Notes under the pieces: generated by a model
Seen by the model: the letters and a program-made list of their open reading frames with translations, nothing else
What the model was told of the DNA's origin: nothing
The model's database searches: none
Part shown: one piece after another, positions 32,865 through 40,407 of the stretch
Position numbering within the stretch: the stretch's first letter is position 1
Layout: every line of letters starts with the position of its first letter
Assembly (NCBI GenBank): GCA_963675595.2
Contig: CAXXLZ010000001.1
Location: forward strand, 384,001 to 448,000
Direction of reading: 5' to 3'
Length of the DNA stretch: 64,000 nucleotides
Origin: Thermodesulfobacteriota bacterium
GTDB lineage: Bacteria > Desulfobacterota > Desulfarculia > JACQYL01
Translations under genes and position numbers: made by a program

Positions 32865-33571
32865 TGGCCGCCCGTTTCTCTGAGGTAGTCCTCAGCTTTC
32901 TGGATGTCCGCCGGGTGATCCACGTCAATGGTCTTCGGGATCGGCACACCATACAGGGGAAAGCCGGACTCCGTCAATAGCGCGAGAAACTCTCTGAGAG
33001 CTCCGAGATTGCGCCGTCGAGCCTCCGGGATCAGAGTAAAAATATCGGGACCGAAATGGTACAAACCCGCCGTCACAAAAGGAGTGGGGCGCGCTTCGGG
33101 ACCCAAACGCATTATTCGGCCCGAAGAATCGTCCATTTTGGCCCAAAGAGGTTTTTCGTCGTCGACATAGTCGGTCAGGGCCAAGACGGCCCCCGCATCC
33201 GAAAAAGTCAGTGCCTTGGACAAGAAAAGCGATGGAACCTCGGGGCGAAACACCGCATCCACCGTGAAGAGCAGAAAGGGTTCTCCTCCAAGTAACGGTT
33301 GAAGTCCAAAAAGACTTTCCATGGAACTAGGCGTCGTCCGAACCACCAGATCGACCGGGAGCGGCCAGGGACCACGCTCCAAATACGTCTTCACTTCGAC
33401 ATTCACTTCGTTGATGATGCACGCCACCGATTCGGCGCCTGCGGAGTGCGCGGCTTTGATGACCCTGGCAATCAAGGCGTCGCCCAAGATGGGGACCAAG
33501 GGTTTGGACACGGGAATTCCGCCTTTTGTCATTCTTTCTCCCATGCCCGCCGCAATAATTCCCGCTTTCAT
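32861..33571 (-). CDS. NTP-transferase (nucleotidyltransferase)
   Basis: IIAAGMGERM...SKPLV, TVD and IDVDHPAD motifs. Confidence 0.9.
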   Translation of the reverse strand: MKAGIIAAGMGERMTKGGIPVSKPLVPILGDALIARVIKAAHSAGAESVACIINEVNVEVKTYLERGPWPLPVDLVVRTTPSSMESLFGLQPLLGGEPFLLFTVDAVFRPEVPSLFLSKALTFSDAGAVLALTDYVDDEKPLWAKMDDSSGRIMRLGPEARPTPFVTAGLYHFGPDIFTLIPEARRRNLGALREFLALLTESGFPLYGVPIPKTIDVDHPADIQKAEDYLRETGGH

Positions 33572-34260
33572 GACAGTAACGCCTCCAATTGATCCAGCGC
33601 CGTGATGCAGGCGTCGATCGCCCCGGGTGCCTCAGGCAATCTGGGATTCGGCCCTTTCATCCAAATCGTGACCATTCCCAGCTCTCGGGCCGGTACCATA
33701 TCTCGTTCGAAGGAATCTCCTACGAAGGCCACTTGCTCCGGGGAAAGCCCCAGGGAAGCGATCGCCGTTCGGAATAATCGAGGATCGGGTTTGGCTAATC
33801 CGACTCGGGTAGAGTCCAGAATCACGTCGAGAGACGAGGCGAGGCCTGCCTCGCCGCAAAGCACCTCTACGTTGCCGTAGAAATTGGACACTACCCCCAT
33901 GCGGAATCTGGGACGGAGTCCCGCTAGTATGACGGCGTTTCGGGAAAGGAAAGACTCCGTTTTCTTGCAGAAACTTCCGACGATTTCGGCTTCTCCGGCC
34001 GGATCATCGATTCCCAGCTCAAGAAACTGGAGATGAACGTGGTGGGTCATCAGTGGGCGAAGGCCCAAAATATTCACACTCGGGTCTTCATCGCAACGGC
34101 GATCCGCCTGGTAAAAAACTCGCTTAATCTCCTCGAAGGGAATATCCGGAAGGCTCTCGCGGTAGTGTTCTACGAACCTGTCGAGCCAGTGTTCGCCGTC
34201 GGAGTCCAGCGTCCCGCCGAAATCGAAAAGGATCCCCCGACAACCGGAGATCCTTTTCAT
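33568..34260 (-). CDS. HAD-superfamily hydrolase
   Basis: FDFGGTLD, VVSN, KPDPRLF and VGDSFERD motifs; start uncertain (34260 or 34287). Confidence 0.9.
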   Translation of the reverse strand: MKRISGCRGILFDFGGTLDSDGEHWLDRFVEHYRESLPDIPFEEIKRVFYQADRRCDEDPSVNILGLRPLMTHHVHLQFLELGIDDPAGEAEIVGSFCKKTESFLSRNAVILAGLRPRFRMGVVSNFYGNVEVLCGEAGLASSLDVILDSTRVGLAKPDPRLFRTAIASLGLSPEQVAFVGDSFERDMVPARELGMVTIWMKGPNPRLPEAPGAIDACITALDQLEALLS

Positions 34261-34329
34261 ATTGTTACATATTTCCGGAACAATCACGTGACTAATTTAT
34301 CCTGAAGGATTGGAACCCCACATCGATCT

Positions 34330-35505
34330 TTAGATTTCAGTGGCTTTCCTCACGGGAACCTGCTCGTCGGGGGTGGATCGAGGTTCATTGGACGACGCGG
34401 CTCGGACCCCCCAACTTCCTTGAATAAAGGCCTCCGTCATGCGGAACGCCTCGTCGTCGCTGTACTGTCGGGGAGGATGTTTCATGAAATAAGAGGAGGG
34501 TGCGTATAAGACGCCGCCTTCTCCCCGGATCAGCGCCAGTTTGCAGCAACGGATCGCATCAATGACCACTCCGGCGGAGTTGGGCGAGTCCTCCACGGAA
34601 AGGCGCAGTTCCAGGTTCATGGGAACGTCGCCGAAGAGCTTGCCTTCCATTCGGATGAAACACAGCTTGTTGTCTTTCTGCCAAGCTACATAATCACTGG
34701 GACCGATGTGGATATTCTCGTCCTCCAGCCGACGCGCGGCCACGGATTGGACCGCCTCGGTCTTGGATTCCTTTTTCGAAAGCAGACGAGAGCGGTTGAG
34801 CATATTCAGAAAATCGGTATTTCCGCCGGTGTTCAACTGGTAAGTGCGCTCCAGTTTGGCTCCTCGTTTCTTGAACAGATCGGTCAGGGTGCGATGAACG
34901 ATGGTCGCCCCGAACTGAGACTTGATGTCGTCTCCGATGATGGGCAGTTTCTTCTCGGCGAATCGAGCGGCCCATTCCGGATCACTGGCGATGAACACCG
35001 GAATGTTGTTGACGAACGCGGTTCCCGCTTCGAGAGCGCATTCGGCGTAAAACCGGGCGGCCTGCTCGGACCCCACCGGTAGATAGTTCAACAGCACTTC
35101 GGCGCCCGACTCTTTCAACACGGACACCACTTCTTCTTTGGTCGGCTGCGGTTTATCGGCGGGGACAAAGGTGTATGAATCCGGATAATCCTTCATGTGG
35201 TCCGAAAAGCCGTCCAGAATTCGCCCCATTCTCACGGAAACGCCCGTTCGTTGAATATTTTCACAGAAAACTTGGGTGCAATTGGGCGCTTGGAATATGG
35301 CCTCCGACAGGTCTTTGCCGACTTTCCGACTGTCGATGTCGAACGCCGCCACCACTTCTATGTTGTGCGGTTTGTAGCCGGCGATGTCCAAATGCATCAA
35401 ACCGATGGCTTCATCGCCCGTCCTGTTCAGATAGAAATGGATCCCCTGTACCAGAGAGCTTGCGCAGTTCCCAACTCCGATAATGGCGATCTTGATGTTC
35501 TCCAT
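34330..35505 (-). CDS. ino1: myo-inositol-1(3)-phosphate synthase
   Basis: GVGNCASSLVQG, NYLPVGSE, GDDIKSQ, QLNTGGNTDFLNM, DSPNSAG and FMKHPP motifs. Confidence 0.96.
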   Translation of the reverse strand: MENIKIAIIGVGNCASSLVQGIHFYLNRTGDEAIGLMHLDIAGYKPHNIEVVAAFDIDSRKVGKDLSEAIFQAPNCTQVFCENIQRTGVSVRMGRILDGFSDHMKDYPDSYTFVPADKPQPTKEEVVSVLKESGAEVLLNYLPVGSEQAARFYAECALEAGTAFVNNIPVFIASDPEWAARFAEKKLPIIGDDIKSQFGATIVHRTLTDLFKKRGAKLERTYQLNTGGNTDFLNMLNRSRLLSKKESKTEAVQSVAARRLEDENIHIGPSDYVAWQKDNKLCFIRMEGKLFGDVPMNLELRLSVEDSPNSAGVVIDAIRCCKLALIRGEGGVLYAPSSYFMKHPPRQYSDDEAFRMTEAFIQGSWGVRAASSNEPRSTPDEQVPVRKATEI

Positions 35506-35619
35506 CAGTGGTTCATCTCCTTCCTCGGTCTCCTAAAAGGCGGGTACGTCAAAGCTGATAACCCGCAGCCCCCTTGGGTTTCCGACAGGTGATCGTATGG
35601 AGGTCCAGCTGTGTGATGA

Positions 35620-35736
35620 AAAAAGGCGAAAACCAAAGGCACGATGTTCGTGCCTGCATCAGGTTTCGGCAGGCACGACGGTTTCAACTCGTACGCGGGA
35701 TGCCGAAGCCGTTCGAGGACAATTTGGGTTTTCGCC
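35620..35736 (-). promoter_or_regulatory. Structured leader upstream of ino1 with competing hairpins and a U-tract
   Basis: 10-bp outer stem 35625-35634/35727-35736; segment 35648-35657 can pair with either 35637-35644 or 35669-35678; T-run follows on the minus strand. Confidence 0.5.
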
Positions 35737-36016
35737 GATTCGTATTCCGAGTCGTCAGAGCAAGATCGACGGGGACACGGACCCTCCCTTGTTGCATCAA
35801 TATGACCTAAAAAGAGCGTATCCCCTGCTTAAAGCCGCCTGACGCTTTTTGTCAATGACTTGTTAGCATTTTGCCGTAATTGTGTAAAGCACTGTCTCGT
35901 GCCGGGGCCTCTCTTAACGTAAGCGTCACGGGACGAGGAGCGGTTTTTTCCCCCTCCACGACGACTGAAACGGCGAAAGCGCGTGAGTAAGGCTTCATCG
36001 GGCGAGAAACGTCCAA

Positions 36017-37054
36017 GTGGTCTCGCAAGCAGGGAGTCTTGGAAACACAGGGGGGTGGGATATGCTTTGTCTCCGAATTGTCACAAACGGATGGAAGCCG
36101 CTCATGGATTGCGATCGTCTATCACGCGCCGTCTTTGTCTTTCAGGGTCAGCCATGACAATATCAGGAAAAAGGCCGGCGAGCCCAAGGCGCTCAGTATG
36201 AGGAACCATTCCAGTTTGCCCCACAGTGCCAGGATCACCACCAGATAGATAAAATCTCGTCGGGTCAGGGCGTCCGCCACCCTGCCGAGGCGGCCGGGGG
36301 CGGCGGTGGTTTGAACGGAGGTGAACAACGGGCCGTCTCCGCTTTTACGGCGCATGGTGCGCCAATACACCAGTCCCGCGGAACCGATGGTCCCCAATAC
36401 CGCGGACGCGGAAAGGACGAGTGGAACCTGGGAAGTGATCCGGTCGCTCCAAGATAGGCCGATGCAGAAGAACACGGCACAGTGGACCACGTTATCTCCC
36501 CAGAAGTCCAGAAGCCCTCCGAAACGACTTTCCTGGTGGTCTCGCAAGCAGGGAGTCTTGGAAACACAGGGGGGTGGGATATGCTTTGTCTCCGAATTGT
36601 CACAAACGGATGGAAGCCGCTCATGGATTGCGATCGTCTATCACGCGCCGTCTTTGTCTTTCAGGGTCAGCCATGACAATATCAGGAAAAAGGCCGGCGA
36701 GCCCAAGGCGCTCAGTATGAGGAACCATTCCAGTTTGCCCCACAGTGCCAGGATCACCACCAGATAGATAAAATCTCGTCGGGTCAGGGCGTCCGCCACC
36801 CTGCCGAGGCGGCCGGGGGCGGCGGTGGTTTGAACGGAGGTGAACAACGGGCCGTCTCCGCTTTTACGGCGCATGGTGCGCCAATACACCAGTCCCGCGG
36901 AACCGATGGTCCCCAATACCGCGGACGCGGAAAGGACGAGTGGAACCTGGGAAGTGATCCGGTCGCTCCAAGATAGGCCGATGCAGAAGAACACGGCACA
37001 GTGGACCACGTTATCTCCCCAGAAGTCCAGAAGCCCTCCGAAACGACTTTCCTG
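36017..37054. repeat. Exact 519-bp direct tandem duplication (36017-36535 and 36536-37054)
   Basis: Both copies start gtggtctcgcaagc and end gaaacgactttcctg; the ORF track gives identical translations offset by 519. Confidence 0.97.
36122..36535 (-). pseudogene. Duplicated 3' fragment of the CDP-alcohol phosphotransferase gene
   Basis: QESRFGGLLDFWGD...KDKDGA* is identical to the C-terminus of 36641-37816. Confidence 0.85.
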
Positions 37055-37816
37055 AAACTTGATCCGGGCGATTTCCCCGTCACAGCCGTCCAGGATCGAA
37101 TGGCCCAGAAACAACAGAGCCCCAGCCACTTGTACGGCGAGGACGTCCGGGACCATGAGCAGGGCTCCCAGCAGGCCCACGGTCAGGCTGATCAGAGTCA
37201 TCTGGTTGGGAGTGATGGAGGTGTTCACCAAACGCCGACTCAAAGCCAGAGAAATCCTGCGTTCGAAATGCCTGGACATGAAGCCTTCAGTGTCTTTGAT
37301 GAGAGACCTGAACAAATTTCGTTCAGCCTTTTCCAGTTTCCGTCTATCCCGAACATCATAGATCGTTCCCGAAACGGTTCGCGGTGACGGGTTCTCTCGC
37401 TCCACGGCGTGACGGATTTCGGAGAAACTTCTCTCGACCCACACGACACGCAATAATTCAACTGCGGTGTCGCCCGGCAGACCCAACACTTCGGGGCTTC
37501 CCGCCACGGTGAAAGGTACATCGTTCGGCGAAGTTTCCTGAATGCTCTCCAAGAATTCCATATCCGGGAGGTAACCGTTTTCAAGAAGGATGTACAAACT
37601 GCCGGGCCGATCGCCCACTTCTTGAGCACTCGATGCGAACACCGCGCCGCATTCCGCCACTTCACGAGGCACGGGTCGCTCACAAAGCACGACGACTTCC
37701 CGTATTCCAGCCTTCTTCGACGCCGACACCAGACGTTGAAGAAGTGGGAGTCCGGCTACACGCACGGCCGTGTTCGGCTCGGTTCCGAGAGCCGATATCA
37801 CCAAGACGGTCTTCAA
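36641..37816 (-). CDS. CDP-alcohol phosphotransferase (DIPPS/PIP-synthase-like) with a degenerate N-terminal NTP-transferase-like domain
   Basis: ITPNQMT and DGCDGEIAR...GGLLDFWGD signature; N-terminal VAGLPLLQRLV...AGIREV; TTG start at 37816 after GAAGGA (37870 possible). Confidence 0.9.
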   Translation of the reverse strand: MKTVLVISALGTEPNTAVRVAGLPLLQRLVSASKKAGIREVVVLCERPVPREVAECGAVFASSAQEVGDRPGSLYILLENGYLPDMEFLESIQETSPNDVPFTVAGSPEVLGLPGDTAVELLRVVWVERSFSEIRHAVERENPSPRTVSGTIYDVRDRRKLEKAERNLFRSLIKDTEGFMSRHFERRISLALSRRLVNTSITPNQMTLISLTVGLLGALLMVPDVLAVQVAGALLFLGHSILDGCDGEIARIKFQESRFGGLLDFWGDNVVHCAVFFCIGLSWSDRITSQVPLVLSASAVLGTIGSAGLVYWRTMRRKSGDGPLFTSVQTTAAPGRLGRVADALTRRDFIYLVVILALWGKLEWFLILSALGSPAFFLILSWLTLKDKDGA

Positions 37817-38036
37817 AACGAATCCTTCGATCTTTTTTACATGGGTGCGTCGCAAACCCGCACGAAGCACGACCGGGAAGAAGAGCTTCTCGCCGGCGAA
37901 GTCCTCAACGCAGGAAAATCAATGAACCGGGAAGCCTGGAATTTCTCACAACGGGAGGCCGACTTCAAGAGCTTCAAAGAAGCCGAGCGCTCCCGGCCGA
38001 GACCGATTGAGGGCGGTTCGGTCTCGGGTCCCTCCG

Positions 38037-39098
38037 TTATCGAATCGGCGGGACTCCTGCGGAGGTGGTGGGACTCTTGCGGAGACGGAGTTGATTCCAT
38101 AGGTGTATCGCATAGAACAGGGGCACGTGGTCGCGCAGGGAAGGGAGAGAACCCAATAGTTCGGAGTTCTCGTCCGTTTGAGGGATTTCTTCGTGAATCT
38201 CACCTTGGGCATCAATATATTTCAACTTTCCCACATGAACATAAGGCGGGAAAGGGGGAAGCTCGGTCACCACGTCGTTGTGGTGCACAAAACGGTAAGC
38301 GGTGACGGGAAATCGATTCCGAAATTCTTCGTCGCCCACCTTGGGGGAACCGAAGGTGTAAAGACCCTGGATATAGGGATAACGGGAAGCCGCCACGGTG
38401 GCCAGCGCCGCTCCCAGGCTGTGGCCCGTGAGCCAGATTTTCGATCCTTCGGCTCTAAGGGCGTCCAGATAAGCTCTTAATCCCTCCTTTTCCCAGACTT
38501 CGTCCAACGCCTCGTTGAAACCATGGTGGACTTTGCCTCCTGCCGGGATTTCATCCATCCAAAGGGAGAAGTCGGTCCTTAAGTCGTTAATAATGTTTAG
38601 GATGTCGTACCATTGCCCCTCGGAGCGGACTTCGGTTCCGCGAAAGGCCACCACGGTGAAGTTTCCCTTACGGGCCGTGAAGCACTGGGTGCTGCGGCCG
38701 CTGAAAAACCGCACGTCGGAAAAACCGGCTTTTTCAAACTCTCTCGTTACAAACCCTGGTGAAGCGAAGACCAGGGTGGACGCTTCAATAAGCCACCACG
38801 CATTGACGAGGTCGAACCTTTCCGCGTAGGGGTTGAAGGGAAAGGATCGATGATCCTTGAAATACTCGTAATCCGGATAGGGGGGGCGCAGGTTTTTCAG
38901 AGTGATCTCAGGAAGGGGCCTCTTTTCAGGGCGTTGACTGTCGAGGACGGAATTGTCGTCCCGATCGGAAGGCTCGGCGGCAACCCCCCAGGCCGGCTCC
39001 CGCAGGTTCGGCAGGTCGGTCGAGAGCGCATATGAAGAAACCTGAGATACAAAAATTAGAGCGACGAAAATGAGGATCCCGGTCTGTAAGTGTTTCAT
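38037..39098 (-). CDS. Secreted lipase, class 3
   Basis: Signal peptide, VAFRGT, VHHGF, TGHSLGAALA, TFGSPKVG and NDVV motifs; ATG 39098 with AGGAG RBS. Confidence 0.9.
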   Translation of the reverse strand: MKHLQTGILIFVALIFVSQVSSYALSTDLPNLREPAWGVAAEPSDRDDNSVLDSQRPEKRPLPEITLKNLRPPYPDYEYFKDHRSFPFNPYAERFDLVNAWWLIEASTLVFASPGFVTREFEKAGFSDVRFFSGRSTQCFTARKGNFTVVAFRGTEVRSEGQWYDILNIINDLRTDFSLWMDEIPAGGKVHHGFNEALDEVWEKEGLRAYLDALRAEGSKIWLTGHSLGAALATVAASRYPYIQGLYTFGSPKVGDEEFRNRFPVTAYRFVHHNDVVTELPPFPPYVHVGKLKYIDAQGEIHEEIPQTDENSELLGSLPSLRDHVPLFYAIHLWNQLRLRKSPTTSAGVPPIR

Positions 39099-39379
39099 CA
39101 GGGTTCTCCTTTCGTGCGGCCGTTCCATTGAGCGGCGGAGTTGATTCCGTGGGAGCGCCGCCGTGAGAAGGGCGAAGTCGGCCAGTCCTTTGAATGCGGC
39201 TTGTTTCCTTTGACACCGAGGAACAACATCGGCTTAATCGATCTCAACGACGGTGGAACAATCTCCGACGGAAGGCCCGTCGTCGGAACCTCGGGGGTTG
39301 ATATTCACGAAGAGGTCTGTTCAGGGATTCCCCCCTCGTCCGGTTATGGACTACTATTCCCTATGGGGGGCAACGAGCT

Positions 39380-40056
39380 TGGGGTTCGAGTGTATCCAGC
39401 TGATATAACAAGAAACGGTTGGAGTAAGCCCGTTGTCGATCGGTTGTTCCTTACCGGACTATGACGACGGTCTTCATCCCTTTCCACAGAGGGTTTTCGG
39501 GCGGCCGGTCCAGGTCCGAAGTGATCCGGTAGCGTTAGGTTTCGATGCGGCCATAGTTTTCGCCCGCTGTTTCAGATAATCATAACTCATGTCCCGGTAT
39601 TCGGACCGGAGTCAATCAGGAGCAAAAAAGCCGAGGTCCTCAGGAAAGCGTCCCAGGTTGCCTTTGAGGGCCGAAATGGATTCGATTTTCCCCGGAACCA
39701 CGACCGTGAGGTCGACTCAGGGCCTTGCAGCCAATAGTTCCAGTCTCTTTTTGAGACAAAGTCCGGATGACTCGAAGCCAACTCACGAAAGCTCCCTGAG
39801 ACTCCACCGGATCGATGCCGCTGGAAATCCGGGAAAAAGACACATGCGAGGGAATGCCGTGGGACAAACCCAAGAACATCCGGAACCGGTCTTCTTTGCA
39901 ACGGCCAAAGCCTGCATCCGTCACACCCGCCGCAGATGCAAATGACCGCGCAAAGGGCAATGGCAACCGTATCTTTGAGTTTACGGCTCTTGTTCGATAC
40001 ATCGGCTCCGTCAGATCGGAGAAATGTTCTTCAAAGGTCGTCTTGGCATCGCCCAA
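39380..40056 (-). mobile_element. Decayed ISAs1-family transposase remnant
   Basis: FEEHFSDLTEP, GIPSHVSFSRI..IDP, FVSW, then in other frames ALKGN and YGRIET*RY...WKGMKTV; frameshifts, stops and an internal deletion; left boundary approximate. Confidence 0.8.
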
Positions 40057-40407
40057 GTCCAGCCTCTTGATGACATTGATGTTATCAAGTACATAAAACG
40101 TGTAGCCTTACCCGCCGATGTTCATTTGTTCTTCCCAAATGAGGATTCCCTGGTTTCATACCGAAACGGACTGGTTTCCAAAATGATTCGCTTGAAAAAC
40201 GCCCATAATCGAAGCTAGACAAATCCGATAGGCGTGAATGCCCGGAGTCCCGCCTTGAAGAACGAAAATAGGCCCCGTCAAGAGCCGCTCCTTTCTCACT
40301 TCACTCGAGCCGACATGACCGACAGCGTTCTTGGCGGGGGCCCGGCGGAAGACCCCGGTGCGAGGAATCGGGCAACTCCACGTACCTTTTTCCGCTGGGA
40401 CCTTCCG

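Noticed and set aside
36122-36547. 141-aa ORF as an independent gene
   Set aside because: Created by the tandem duplication; the start is fortuitous at the junction and most of the catalytic motif is missing
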